Positions 46,514 to 57,720 of a DNA stretch of 64,000 nucleotides are shown here, in pieces. The notes under the pieces are model-generated. The model made no database searches. It was given only the letters and a program-made list of their open reading frames with translations, and was not told the origin of the DNA. Position 1 is the first letter of the stretch. Each line of letters begins with the position of its first letter. The position numbers and the translations under genes are program-made. The stretch comes from a bacterium (GTDB lineage: Bacteria > Patescibacteriota > Patescibacteriia > JACQRZ01): contig JAHFJA010000001.1 of NCBI GenBank assembly GCA_023246095.1, positions 1,062 through 65,061 of the forward strand. Reading direction: 5' to 3'.

Positions 46514-46552
46514 GGCATGGGTATTTAATTTTTGAATTTGATGTAACTTTTT

Positions 46553-47431
46553 TTAGAGCCACTCGATCGCGCGCAGTTTTGCGCTTCGAGAAGGAGAGTT
46601 TTTGAGTATTTCCTGTCGAGTCGGAACAATCACTTTTTTCGTCAATACTGTCGCCCGTTTTTCCTTGCCCCAATCTCTGAACACATTTTTTACGATGCGA
46701 TCTTCCAGGGAATGGAATGTAAGGAATACCACCCGACTTCCTTTGTGGAGGATTTGAGGGAGATCTTCCATACTTCGCTGCAGTACCCCCAACTCATCAT
46801 TGACAACCATTCGTAATGCCTGAAAGGTTTTGGTTGCAGGATGTGATTTACCGTGCCGAGAAAGAACTGATTCGATGACAGTGACAAGGTCAAATGTCGT
46901 TTCGAGTCGTTTCTTACGTCGAGTCAATACGATGGCGTTTGCGATACGTCGAGACGCTCGCTCCTCCCCGTACTGGTAGATCGCATCGGCAATCTCTTTT
47001 TCCTTCCAGCTATTAACAATATCGCTGGCTGTCAGATCTTGCTCCGGATCAAGACGCATATCAAGCGGTTCATCCACTTGAAAGGAAAATCCTCGACCGC
47101 TGCTTTTCAGCAGATCCATCGAGAGACCTAAATCATAGAGAACACCGTCTACTTGACCAAACCCATGCCTGGTAGCCAAGGAAACAACGTCTCTAAAATT
47201 ACCCTGTGCAAGAACGACTCTTCTTCCATACTCTTTGAGATGGATAGCCGCCTGCGCAAGCGCGTCCGGATTGGCATCGATCCCCAAGACTCTCCCTTTG
47301 GGACCGTTGCGTTCCAAGATCATTGTCGTATGCCCCGCTCCTCCGAGCGTGCAATCGATATACTCTGCGTTGGAATGAACATCCAAATACTCGATCACCT
47401 CTTGTGGCATCACCGATTGGTGAGTTGTCAT
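46553..47431 (-). CDS. rsmH: 16S rRNA (cytosine1402-N4)-methyltransferase RsmH (MraW).
   Basis: TLGGAGHT SAM motif; family-typical length. Confidence 0.85.
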   Translation of the reverse strand: MTTHQSVMPQEVIEYLDVHSNAEYIDCTLGGAGHTTMILERNGPKGRVLGIDANPDALAQAAIHLKEYGRRVVLAQGNFRDVVSLATRHGFGQVDGVLYDLGLSMDLLKSSGRGFSFQVDEPLDMRLDPEQDLTASDIVNSWKEKEIADAIYQYGEERASRRIANAIVLTRRKKRLETTFDLVTVIESVLSRHGKSHPATKTFQALRMVVNDELGVLQRSMEDLPQILHKGSRVVFLTFHSLEDRIVKNVFRDWGKEKRATVLTKKVIVPTRQEILKNSPSRSAKLRAIEWL

Positions 47432-47859
47432 ACGCCCAGTTGCCCCAACTGTTCAGCAATCTGCTCGCTTTGACTCTCTGTGTGCTTCTTATATGTTTGC
47501 CACACTTCCTCTGACCATATCTCGATGCGATTATACAACCCCGCAACGACGACTTTTTTTCCGAGGCTGCCATATGCTCGGAGATAGTCTGGCAAAATAA
47601 TTCGACCTTGTTTGTCCAACGATACATCCATTGCCCCCGCAAGCATGTGTCGGGCGAATGCACGATTATTGGACTGCGTGATGGAAAGCGCTGATACGTC
47701 AGCAGCAATCTTTTCCCATTCTTTTGCGGTGTAGAGAACCAAACAGTTCTCTAAGCCCTTCGTGACCACCGCTCCTTTTGCTAATTCTTTACGATATTTC
47801 ACCGGTACCGCCATGCGGCCCTTTTCGTCAACAGAGTGATAGTATTCGCCGATAAACAT
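47428..47859 (-). CDS. mraZ: Transcriptional regulator MraZ.
   Basis: Duplicated DxxxR-type halves (VDEKGRMAVP / LDKQGRIILP). Confidence 0.85.
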   Translation of the reverse strand: MFIGEYYHSVDEKGRMAVPVKYRKELAKGAVVTKGLENCLVLYTAKEWEKIAADVSALSITQSNNRAFARHMLAGAMDVSLDKQGRIILPDYLRAYGSLGKKVVVAGLYNRIEIWSEEVWQTYKKHTESQSEQIAEQLGQLGV

Positions 47860-48143
47860 ACTTAGGCGAAAAATTGGTTAACGAAAACCGAAGCGTAGCT
47901 GAGAACTACGTCCTTGTGGTGGAACATCGTGAGAACAAGCTGGAACATGGGAACACTCGTTATGGATTATTTGAGGTGAACTATGCACTGATACAGTGGG
48001 GTTATCCCCACTTTTTCCCACTTTTCACCTCACAATTGGTATTATACACCACTTTAAATGCTTTTTCTAGGGGTTTATGCACAGTCCGAAGGTGCCCTTT
48101 GGGTAATCAACACCATATGACCAAAGAAATTTTTGAGAAAAAG

Positions 48144-48171
48144 AAAAAACCGCTCTTTTGAAAAGCGATTT
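48144..48171. terminator. Bidirectional hairpin terminator downstream of msrA.
   Basis: cgctcttttg / aaaagcg stem with a one-base bulge, flanked by A/T runs on both strands. Confidence 0.5.
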
Positions 48172-48180
48172 TCGTATCTA

Positions 48181-48732
48181 TTACTCTTCCCCGTGCGTCT
48201 TGAGCAACTCTTTTAACTCTTTCTTTGCTTTCGTAAGCTTTGGATTTATGACGAGCTGACAGTAAGGTTGTGAAGAGTTACGTTCGTAATAATCCTTGTG
48301 ATACGTTTCCGCTTCATAGAAGTGTTCAAGAGATTTTACTTCAGTTACAATGCACCCACCCTCTTTTGAAGTATTATTAAGCTCTCGGATATAATCATTT
48401 GCTTCTTTTCCTTGCTGATCGGTCGTGTATAAAATAATAGATCGGTACTGAGTACCTATATCAGCCCCCTGTCGATTGAGGGTCGTCGCATCATGAGAAG
48501 TAAAAAATATTGTCAAAAGTTGCTTGAAAGAGATAATCGTAGGATCATATTCAACTTGAATCACCTGAGCATGTCCTGTTTTTCCTGTCTCGATTGAATA
48601 ATAATCAGGATTTTTGGTGTGACCACCCGCATATCCAGGAGTCACCATGATCACCCCACGAAACATTTTAAAAACCGCTTCAGTACACCAAAAGCACCCT
48701 CCCCCAAACACTGCTATTTCTGTTAGTGGCAT
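48181..48732 (-). CDS. msrA: Peptide methionine sulfoxide reductase MsrA.
   Basis: GGGCFWC active-site motif. Confidence 0.85.
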   Translation of the reverse strand: MPLTEIAVFGGGCFWCTEAVFKMFRGVIMVTPGYAGGHTKNPDYYSIETGKTGHAQVIQVEYDPTIISFKQLLTIFFTSHDATTLNRQGADIGTQYRSIILYTTDQQGKEANDYIRELNNTSKEGGCIVTEVKSLEHFYEAETYHKDYYERNSSQPYCQLVINPKLTKAKKELKELLKTHGEE

Positions 48733-48734
48733 AA

Positions 48735-49148
48735 TTATCTATTTTTCGGTTTAGAAATATTCGGTTCACTTCCATACTCCGGAGAAACAATGTCCCACAC
48801 TTTCGCTTTTTTAACTTCTATAATTCCTAATGCTGCCGATTGAGCAACTGGCCGTTCATCGTGCATAGGAATACCCACAATAGGGATACCAAGACCAAAC
48901 GACAAAGTATTACCCACGACTATCCCACTACGCAACGAAGAAAACGACCCAGGACCACTATTCACGACAATCCCCTTTAAAGACTCAAGGGTGATACTAT
49001 TTTCTTTTAAAGCTCGCTGGATACCCACAAGCGGATCCATGTGTCCATTTTGCTCTGGCACAACAGACACAACACTAGCCACCCCTTCTTCATTCGCAAG
49101 GGCTATCCACGCTTTGTCCTTATATGCAGTATTTATTATCAGATACAT
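48735..49148 (-). CDS. tsaB: TsaB/YeaZ-like t6A biosynthesis protein (short form).
   Basis: MYLIINTA...ALA start; 137 aa with an ASKHA-like N-terminal half. Confidence 0.55.
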   Translation of the reverse strand: MYLIINTAYKDKAWIALANEEGVASVVSVVPEQNGHMDPLVGIQRALKENSITLESLKGIVVNSGPGSFSSLRSGIVVGNTLSFGLGIPIVGIPMHDERPVAQSAALGIIEVKKAKVWDIVSPEYGSEPNISKPKNR

Positions 49149-49149
49149 A

Positions 49150-49941
49150 TTATTTTTTAGCCTTTCTCACCGCGAGTGGGAATTCAACAGTCGCCGTAAC
49201 GATACGCCTCCATCGACGAATCGGTGAGTTGAGCAATCGGAACAACCACTCCAATCCCAACGTTCGCATCCAACGCGATGCTCGGGGAACAACGCCCGCG
49301 GCATAATCAAGCGCACCACCAACCCCCATAGCAATTTTTACCGATGGGAGTTCTTTAAGATACTGTGCAATCCACATATCTTGTTTCGGTGCACCGTACG
49401 CAACCAATAATACATCTGGAGCAGCCTTTCGAATCTCATCCAACAGTGCCTTCATCTCTGCGTCTTTAAAAAATTCCTTAAAGTAAGGCTCTTTACTTCC
49501 CTCCTTTGATACTCCCGCCCGCATGCCGACAATATGAAGCTCTGGATATGCACGACGAAATGCAATCCCTGCCTTTTGTGCCACTTCGTCAGACCGTGCG
49601 CCCAATAAGTACATCTTCTTGCCCTGCGCTGCGCATAGTCGGGCGAGTTCCCAACTAAAATCAGTGCCCGTAATGCGGGTAACTTGACCTTGCATGCCAT
49701 ATAATTTCTTCGACGCCCATACGATCCCTGCACCATCGGCGATTGCAATATCAGCATTATTGAGTACCTGAGCAAAATGTGGATCCCGCTTGGCCGCCAT
49801 CACATACTCAGGATTGACCGTCACAATATGATGTGAAGTCGGAGTCGCTACAGTGAGCCATTCTAAACAAAGCTTTCGCAATTGATCCAAAGAAATCTGA
49901 TGAACCCGCACTCCTAAAATGTCCCGAGTTTGGATAGGCAT
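49150..49941 (-). CDS. WecB/TagA/CpsF-family (GT26) glycosyltransferase.
   Basis: VTVNPEYVM...DGAGIVW...LLVAYGAPKQD. Confidence 0.75.
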   Translation of the reverse strand: MPIQTRDILGVRVHQISLDQLRKLCLEWLTVATPTSHHIVTVNPEYVMAAKRDPHFAQVLNNADIAIADGAGIVWASKKLYGMQGQVTRITGTDFSWELARLCAAQGKKMYLLGARSDEVAQKAGIAFRRAYPELHIVGMRAGVSKEGSKEPYFKEFFKDAEMKALLDEIRKAAPDVLLVAYGAPKQDMWIAQYLKELPSVKIAMGVGGALDYAAGVVPRASRWMRTLGLEWLFRLLNSPIRRWRRIVTATVEFPLAVRKAKK

Positions 49942-49947
49942 AACGAT

Positions 49948-52506
49948 CTAAAATTGATATTTCCTATAAAAAAGTCTCTTCATCCCTTCAACTAACAACA
50001 GATACAGAACCACCAACCCCGCAATGACAAACAATACCTGAACAGGGGGAGGTGAAAAACCGAACAACGCTCCCAGCGGAGTGTATGGTATTAACCAACC
50101 AATTGCAACCGCCCCAACCGTACTGATTGTTAACAATTTACTTGCGTTACTCTGTACAAACGGCAACTGCCTCGTACGAATAATATGGATCACCAACGCC
50201 TGTGTCGCCAAAGATTCCATAAACCACCCTGTTTGAAATGACGCTTCACCCAAGTGAAATAGCGAAAATAAGACAAAAAAAGTCAGAAGGTCAAACACCG
50301 AGCTAATCGGCCCAAAAACATACATAAACTTTTTTATAAACGGTAAATTCCAACGTCTTGGCTTCTTTATCCAATCTTCGTCCACAGAATCCCAAGGAAT
50401 GGTGACCTGAGAACAATCATATATGAAGTTATTGAGCAATATTTGGACCGGAAGCATCGGCAAAAATGGAATGTAGAAAAGAGCCCCGATGACGCTGAAC
50501 ATGTTGCCAAAATTGGAGCTCAACCCCATCATGATGTACTTCATTGTATTACCAAATGCACGCCTGCCTTCAATAACCCCTTCGAGTATGGGAGCCAGAT
50601 GTTTCTTCGTCAAAATAATATCAGCTGTTTCCTTTGCGATATCAACCGCATTGTCTACCGAAATACCGACATCCGCAGCTTTAAGAGAAGGTGCATCGTT
50701 TATCCCGTCACCCATAAACCCCACCACATGCTTCCGTCCACGCAGTACCGAAACCACACGCTTTTTTTCGTCAGGTGAGAACCGTGCAAATATAGTCGCT
50801 TTTTCAGCACGAACAGCAAGGGCGTCATCAGACAATGTCGCAATATCTTTTCCTAACATTATGCCACGGACTTTCAAACCCACCTCCTGACAGATCTTTT
50901 TTGTAACGAGCTCATTATCCCCTGTTATCACTTTCACTTCGACTCCATATTCCTTTAATTTAGCTAATACATTACTCACATCCTTTTTTGCCGGATCAAG
51001 AAACGCTACAAACCCCATCAATACGAGATCATCCTCATCCTTCACGGTGTAGTTCTTCTTTTCAGGAAGATTATATTTGGTTGCCAATGCAAGGACACGA
51101 TATCCTTGAGTACTTAAATCACGATAATACGTGAGCGCATCCTCGCGTATTTTTGGGGTAAATGGAAATTCCTTAGCACCTTTCTTATATACACTACACT
51201 TCTTTATAACTTCCTCCGGAGCTCCTTTTGTGATCAAAATTCTTCCCTCGGGGCCCAAAACTGCGATGCTCATCATTTTACGCACAAAATCAAAGGGAAT
51301 CTCTTCTGTTTTTACATAGGCGTCCATGTCTGCTTTTTTATATTCCAATACCGCTTTATCCAAAGGATTTTTGACGCCCGTTTGATACACGCTATTCAAA
51401 TACGTATAGAGAAAAACTTTTTCATCGTTTTTTCCGGCAATATCCGTATATGTCACTAATTGGATATTATCTTCGGTTAATGTACCTGTCTTGTCAGTAC
51501 ACAATATATCCATACTGCCAAAATTCGGGATAGACGAGAGCTTTTTAACAATGACCCCGGATTTTGACATCCGCTTCGAACTGCGTGCCATCGTGATAGA
51601 CATAATGACCGGCAAAAGCTCCGGAGTGACTCCCACCGCGATCGCCACAGCAAATATGAATGACTGCAGAATATCTCGGTGTACCAAAGCATTACCCAAA
51701 AATATGATGAGCACGATCGCCATGATAATCTTCATGATAAGAAAACCAAACTGGGTGATACCGAGCTCAAACTCGCTTTTGTCATCTTTCTCCAAAATAC
51801 TTGCCGCAATTTTGCCAAATTCAGTCGCAGCACCGATTTGGTATACCACCGCCAAAGCAGTTCCGCTGACGATACCTGAACCAAGAAATAGAATATTACT
51901 TTTGCTCGCATCTGAGGTATTAGTGTCCCCCTGAATCTCAGCAAATTTTTCACCAGGAAATGACTCCCCTGTTAAGGCTGATTGATTAACAAAACAATCA
52001 TCCGCCTCAATAATTCTCGCATCAGCAGGAACCAGGTCTCCGGAACTAAGAAAAATAATATCTCCAATACATACTTCCGAGGATTTGATTTCTGCTTTTT
52101 TGCCCCCTCGCACCACCGTTGTCGTAATACTCACCTTCTCTTTTAATTTCTTAGCGGCATTATTTGCACTATGTTCTTCAATAAAATCAAGTATCACCCC
52201 CGCTCCGACCATTATAACGATCACGACAAAATTCTTAACTTCACCAAGATACGCAGAAATGGACGCAGCAGCAAGAAGTATCAACACCAACGGATTATTG
52301 AAATGCGATAAAAATTCCAGCACAACACCGACCTCTTTCTTTTCGGAAATCATGTTTTTCCCAAACTGCTTTTGCCGCGCGATAACTTCGCTCGGTGACA
52401 GGCCGTTTTTTGTTGTTTTTAACTTTCTAAAAATTTTGTCTACCGGTTGTGATGAGAAAAACTCAAGATTTTTTGACATAGATAATGAAAACAAAGGGAT
52501 TCCCAT
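49948..52506 (-). CDS. mgtA: Mg2+-importing P-type ATPase (MgtA-like).
   Basis: CTDKTGTLT phosphorylation motif; GDGINDAPSLKAADVGI; 10 TM segments. Confidence 0.85.
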   Translation of the reverse strand: MGIPLFSLSMSKNLEFFSSQPVDKIFRKLKTTKNGLSPSEVIARQKQFGKNMISEKKEVGVVLEFLSHFNNPLVLILLAAASISAYLGEVKNFVVIVIMVGAGVILDFIEEHSANNAAKKLKEKVSITTTVVRGGKKAEIKSSEVCIGDIIFLSSGDLVPADARIIEADDCFVNQSALTGESFPGEKFAEIQGDTNTSDASKSNILFLGSGIVSGTALAVVYQIGAATEFGKIAASILEKDDKSEFELGITQFGFLIMKIIMAIVLIIFLGNALVHRDILQSFIFAVAIAVGVTPELLPVIMSITMARSSKRMSKSGVIVKKLSSIPNFGSMDILCTDKTGTLTEDNIQLVTYTDIAGKNDEKVFLYTYLNSVYQTGVKNPLDKAVLEYKKADMDAYVKTEEIPFDFVRKMMSIAVLGPEGRILITKGAPEEVIKKCSVYKKGAKEFPFTPKIREDALTYYRDLSTQGYRVLALATKYNLPEKKNYTVKDEDDLVLMGFVAFLDPAKKDVSNVLAKLKEYGVEVKVITGDNELVTKKICQEVGLKVRGIMLGKDIATLSDDALAVRAEKATIFARFSPDEKKRVVSVLRGRKHVVGFMGDGINDAPSLKAADVGISVDNAVDIAKETADIILTKKHLAPILEGVIEGRRAFGNTMKYIMMGLSSNFGNMFSVIGALFYIPFLPMLPVQILLNNFIYDCSQVTIPWDSVDEDWIKKPRRWNLPFIKKFMYVFGPISSVFDLLTFFVLFSLFHLGEASFQTGWFMESLATQALVIHIIRTRQLPFVQSNASKLLTISTVGAVAIGWLIPYTPLGALFGFSPPPVQVLFVIAGLVVLYLLLVEGMKRLFYRKYQF

Positions 52507-52651
52507 TCCCGTTTAACCAAAGAAAATGGTATAGTCACTATTATGTAATTATTATACCAGCTCAGTACTACTATTGACATCTTCTCATGGCGCGATATAG
52601 TAGTATTAGCAGTCACTCATGTAGAGTGCTAATCAACAAAAACTCCTTACG

Positions 52652-55295
52652 CTACCCTATTATGATGAACAACAAATTCACCACGCGCGCACAGGAAACA
52701 TTGCAAGCGGCACAAATGCTGTGCGCCGATAAAAATCACCAAGAACTTACCCCCACCCACCTTCTCTATTCTCTCGTCAGCCATGCGGAAGGAGTAGTCG
52801 TAAGTATTTTGCAAAAACTGGAAATTTCCAGTACCGATCTCCAAGAAAAACTTGAAGGAGAATTACAGCTTCTCCCGTTAGCACCCATGGAAATGGGCGG
52901 ACAGGTTTATGTATCCCAAGAATTTGCCCGAGTGATGAGCCAAGCGGACCGCGAAGCAAAAAATCTTGGTGACGAATATATCAGCACCGAGCATATTTTT
53001 CTTGCACTGATCCAAGTCCCATCAGTTGCACAATACATATTGCGTACTATGAACGTCGAATACGATGCGGTGCTCAAGACATTAGCCGAAGTACGAGGCA
53101 ACCACAAAATCACTGATCCCGATCCTGAAAGCAAATACCAAGTATTTGAAAAATACACCGTAAACATGACTGACCTTGCTCGTCGTGAAAAACTTGATCC
53201 CGTCATCGGTCGTGACGAAGAAATCCGTCGCGTCATGCAAGTGCTCTCTCGTCGCACCAAAAACAACCCCGTTCTTATTGGAGAGGCAGGGGTAGGTAAA
53301 ACCGCCATCGTCGAAGGACTTGCTCAACGCATCGCATCAGGCGACGTGCCTGAATCGCTCAAAGACAAAGAACTTCTTTCTTTGGATATTGGCGCGTTGG
53401 TAGCAGGGACAAAATTCCGCGGTGATTTTGAAGACAGACTCAAAGCAGTAATGAAAGAAGTAAAAAATGCCGCAGGAAAAGTTATTATGTTTGTCGATGA
53501 ACTCCATACTTTGGTGGGAGCTGGTGGCGCTGAAGGTGCCATTGATGCGTCCAATCTCCTCAAACCAGCTCTCGCTCGTGGTGAATTGAGTATGATTGGA
53601 GCGACAACGTTTAAAGAATATAGAAAGTATATTGAAAACGACGCCGCGTTCGAACGACGATTCCAACATGTTTATGTTTATGAACCAAGCGTAGATGATG
53701 CAATTGCCATTTTGCGTGGTATCAAGGAAAAATATGAAGTCCATCACGGGGTCCGCATCACTGACGCCGCTATTGTTGCTGCTGCGCAACTTTCCCATCG
53801 GTATATTTCCGATCGTTATCTCCCTGACAAAGCCATTGACCTTATTGACGAAGCCACTTCTGCTATCCGACTTCAAATCGACAGCCAACCGGTCGAGCTC
53901 GATACATTGAAACGAAATATTATAAAACGCGAAATTGAAAAACAAGCACTCCAACAAGAATCAGATGCGCATTCAAAGAAACGGCTCAAAGAGCTCCAAA
54001 AAGAACTTGCCGAAATCAAAGAGGAATCAAACCAACTTGAACTCGCATGGAAAAACGAAAAAGAACTTATCACCAGCGTACGCAACCATCGCAAAGAGAT
54101 CGAACAACTCAAACAAGAAGCTGACATCGCCGAACGTCAAGTCAATCTTTCTCGTGTAGCCGAAATCCGTTACGGTAAAATTCCTCAAATTCAAAAGGAA
54201 GTAGAAAAAGCTGAAGGAAAACTTAATGCGATGCAAAAAGATCACCGTTTCTTACGAGAGGAAGTCACGGAAGCTGATATCGCCGCTATTGTTCAACGAT
54301 GGACCGGTATCCCAGCATCGCGAATGCTTCAAAGCGAGTCAGAAAAACTCTCCCACGCAGAAAAATATCTTGCTCAACGTGTCGTAGGACAACAAACCGC
54401 CATTCAAGCAGTATCAAACGCACTCCGCCGTTCTCGTGCTGGACTTTCCGAGGAAAGCCGCCCTATAGGTTCCTTTATTTTCATCGGTCCTACTGGTGTT
54501 GGTAAAACAGAATTAGCTAAAACACTTGCCAATTTCATGTTCAATGATCCTCAGGCATTGATCCGCATCGACATGAGCGAATACGGAGAAAAGCATGCAG
54601 TCAGCCGTCTCATCGGTTCCCCTCCTGGATATGTCGGATATGATGAAGGAGGTCAGCTCACTGAACAAATCCGCCGAAAACCATACAGCGTCGTCCTTTT
54701 TGACGAAATAGAAAAAGCGCATCCGGAAATGTTTAACCTTTTGCTGCAAATTCTTGACGAAGGACATCTCACCGACTCAAAGGGACGCAAAGTAAACTTC
54801 AAAAATACGATTATTATCATGACCTCCAACCTTGGGGGCGATCTCATCCGCTCTGTTGACATGGGGTTTTCGGAAGGTGACAAGGTTAAAGCTCGCATTG
54901 ACGTTAAAGACATGGAGGCACGCATCCACACCCTCTTGCAACAGCAGTTCAAACCGGAATTCCTCAACCGTATTGATGAAGTGATCACCTTTCACCCTCT
55001 TGAACAAGAACACATCGACCATATTGTTGAGCTCCAACTTCACAACGTCGTTGCTCGTCTCGCAAAACAGGACATCACCGTAAAGTATTCAAAGAAACTG
55101 GTAGAGTTACTTGCAAAACGAGGCTTTGACCAATATTATGGCGCTCGTCCTCTCAAGCGAGTAATCCAACAAACCATTCTAGACCCTCTCGCCCTCAAGA
55201 TCGTTGATAACGAAATTAAAGAAGGAGGTAAAGTTAAACTCGACGTAAAGGATGACCAAATTATCATTCAAAACGGAAAAGAGAACGGGGCATAG
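52652..55295 (+). CDS. clpB: ATP-dependent chaperone ClpB.
   Basis: Two AAA+ modules ([16 protein letters not shown]) and a long M-domain coiled coil. The true start is probably [12 protein letters not shown] at 52652, not the upstream ORF start. Confidence 0.9.
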
Positions 55296-55315
55296 TAAAA
55301 CTCAGGTATTAAAAA

Positions 55316-55348
55316 ACTCCTCTTTGGATTTCCGAGAGGAGTTTTTTG
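55316..55348 (+). terminator. Rho-independent terminator after clpB.
   Basis: Stem actcctct / agaggagt with an 11-nt loop, followed by T6. Confidence 0.7.
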
Positions 55349-55364
55349 TATTATTACGTTTCAG

Positions 55365-56159
55365 CTATTTGCTACAAGGTACAGGCTCAACGCCTTTATG
55401 TAAATCGGTGATGAAGTTAACCCAACAAAAGCTTTTAGAGTCTTTGTTGCATTTTTTATAATTATCCCAAACAAATCGATTAAACGATTCTGCGAGAATA
55501 CTCTTTTCTCTTCCTTTTTGGATCATGATATTCATCAATCCTAGCTCATAGCTCCAAGCTTTCAACTCATAATCAAGAAATACTGCGCGAGTCTCGACAA
55601 CGTGACTATCACTACCCTCATGTTCGTAGTGATAAAATTCATGGAGTATGGTCAAAAGAAAACGATCTTTAAATGCTTCTGCATCAAGAGTTTTTCTCCC
55701 TTTGATCCAATTTTTCGCAGAAATACTGAAAATAGAATGTCCATCGCACCGACTAAATGAAGCCAACACATTGTCTCGAACCGGATCCATATTTAACTGT
55801 ATCCTCCCTGATTTACCTTCTATAGCAAACCGGTTATACGGTTCACGCAGTTCTTTTATGGGATAGTGTTCCAATTCAGTAAGAAGACCAAAAAAGTCTT
55901 TTTCAATATTTCTTTTCTCCTCTTCTGAGACAATAAGGGGTATTGAAGTCGCTGCCGAGATGGGCTTGCTTGCTGTAACTTCGTTGTTTTGTACTACAGA
56001 TGAGATATCACTCACTGTCGTATGTTGCATTTGTAACTTCACCTGAGCAAAAAATGCCAATACTACAACAATAATCCCAAAAATTATTTCTACCTTTTTC
56101 ATTGTACTTTTCTCCTGTGTTTGATTTAAAATAACGATAACTTGCCCCGAATATAGCAT
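55365..56159 (-). CDS. Membrane-anchored HExxH protein (HEFYHYEHE); paralog of 41..985.
   Basis: TM IIFGIIVVVLAFFAQ. HExxH then FLDYELKAWSYELG, parallel to the 41..985 protein. True start likely at MKKVEII. Confidence 0.5.
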   Translation of the reverse strand: MLYSGQVIVILNQTQEKSTMKKVEIIFGIIVVVLAFFAQVKLQMQHTTVSDISSVVQNNEVTASKPISAATSIPLIVSEEEKRNIEKDFFGLLTELEHYPIKELREPYNRFAIEGKSGRIQLNMDPVRDNVLASFSRCDGHSIFSISAKNWIKGRKTLDAEAFKDRFLLTILHEFYHYEHEGSDSHVVETRAVFLDYELKAWSYELGLMNIMIQKGREKSILAESFNRFVWDNYKKCNKDSKSFCWVNFITDLHKGVEPVPCSK

Positions 56160-56285
56160 ATTTTACCTATTTTGTCAAGGTTACGCCTGTCAAAATCCTT
56201 TAACTATAAGAAAAGGGAGTCAATACAAGACAAATCGCCTCCATATTGTTGTCCTAACCCTCTTTTTGTGCTATAATAGTCGCAT

Positions 56286-57716
56286 ATGAAATATCATGCT
56301 TATTCCTCAAAAAAAGGGGTATTTACTTCAATTACCGTACTTGTCGCCATGGTTTTCGCTCTTGCCGCCCCCCTTCAACCGACATACGCACTATCTTTCA
56401 ATCCTAATAAAATCATCTCTGATGGTGAATTTTTTGATACAAATGCACTGGATACAAGTGCCATTCAATCATTCCTTGAACAAAAAGGATCATCACTGGC
56501 TTCAATGACGTTTCCAGACATTGACGGCCAGATAAAACGCGCATCCGATATAATAGAAAATGCAGCCATTCAATATCATATCAACCCAAAAGTTCTGCTT
56601 GTTCTGCTTCAAAAAGAACAAAGCCTTATCGAAAATCCCACACCTCGCCAATACAACTACGACTGGGCTACGGGATATGCGGTGTGTGACAGTTGTTCCC
56701 CTACTGACCCTAAGATTCAAAAATATAAAGGCTTTGCTAACCAAGTTGAAAGTGCCGCCTATCAAAAAGTGTATTACACAACAAATCCCGATAAATTTAG
56801 CTATAGGATCGGTTCTCCTGCAGACATCGATGGACAACTAGTGATTCCAGAAAATAACGCCACCGCTGCACTCTACAACTACACCCCCCACCTTCATGGA
56901 AACGAAAACTTCTGGAAACTATGGACTCGTTATTTTGGAAAGTTTTATCCTGACGGTACCGTCGTTCAAGAAGATGGCTCTACAGCAGTATGGTTACTGC
57001 AAGATGGCAAAAAAAGACTTTTTGCCTCAGTTGGCGCTCTTATGTCTCGTTATAGCACCAGTCAAATTGTCCACATCAAAAAAGGTGACATCGATAAGTA
57101 TTCAACTGGTGATCCTATTAAGTTTGCTCAATATTCCCTGCTCAAATCACCAAAAGGTGCGATTTTCTTAATTGTTGATGATAAGAGATACGGCATCACA
57201 TCAAAAAAAGTATTCGGGCAAATTGGATTCAATCCTGAAGAAGTATCCAAAGCCTCAGATAAAGACCTTGCGGACATACCCCTAGGTGGCTTGATTACAA
57301 AGGCAGATGACAGTCCTCGTGGACAACTGTTTCAAGACAAAAAAACTGGTGGTATATTCTTTGTCAAACAAGGAATCAAGCATCCAATTTGGGCGCCTGA
57401 AATTCTTGCTGTCAACTTTCCGTACGATAAAAAAATCGCGAAGACCACCAAACAATTGGACGCAATCCCAACAGGAGAACCTACTATATTTGAAGATGGC
57501 ACCATCATCACCTCACCAGGAAGCCCTTCTATCTACATCATTTCAAATGGTCTAAAACGACCTATCGCTTCTAAGGCAGCATTTGACACTTTGGGATTCC
57601 AACAAGAAAATGTTGTTCACACATCTGACCGCGCGTTAAGTCTCCATCTCGACGGTGATCCAATCGATGTAGGAACCGATACAACCACAACGGTTACCAG
57701 CGCAACCCTTCATTAA
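56286..57716 (+). CDS. Secreted hypothetical protein with internal repeats.
   Basis: Signal peptide ending LAAPLQPTYA; 476 aa. Confidence 0.5.
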   Translation: MKYHAYSSKKGVFTSITVLVAMVFALAAPLQPTYALSFNPNKIISDGEFFDTNALDTSAIQSFLEQKGSSLASMTFPDIDGQIKRASDIIENAAIQYHINPKVLLVLLQKEQSLIENPTPRQYNYDWATGYAVCDSCSPTDPKIQKYKGFANQVESAAYQKVYYTTNPDKFSYRIGSPADIDGQLVIPENNATAALYNYTPHLHGNENFWKLWTRYFGKFYPDGTVVQEDGSTAVWLLQDGKKRLFASVGALMSRYSTSQIVHIKKGDIDKYSTGDPIKFAQYSLLKSPKGAIFLIVDDKRYGITSKKVFGQIGFNPEEVSKASDKDLADIPLGGLITKADDSPRGQLFQDKKTGGIFFVKQGIKHPIWAPEILAVNFPYDKKIAKTTKQLDAIPTGEPTIFEDGTIITSPGSPSIYIISNGLKRPIASKAAFDTLGFQQENVVHTSDRALSLHLDGDPIDVGTDTTTTVTSATLH

Positions 57717-57720
57717 CTAT

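Noticed and set aside
47874-48161. 95-aa plus-strand ORF
   Set aside because: It lies in the mraZ promoter and msrA terminator intergenic region with no support.
50443-51934. Plus-strand ORFs inside mgtA (111, 133, 147 aa)
   Set aside because: They are antisense to the P-type ATPase gene.
52647-54988. Many minus-strand ORFs inside clpB (52907..53308, 53337..53957, 54653..54988 and others)
   Set aside because: They are antisense to a confidently assigned, highly conserved gene.
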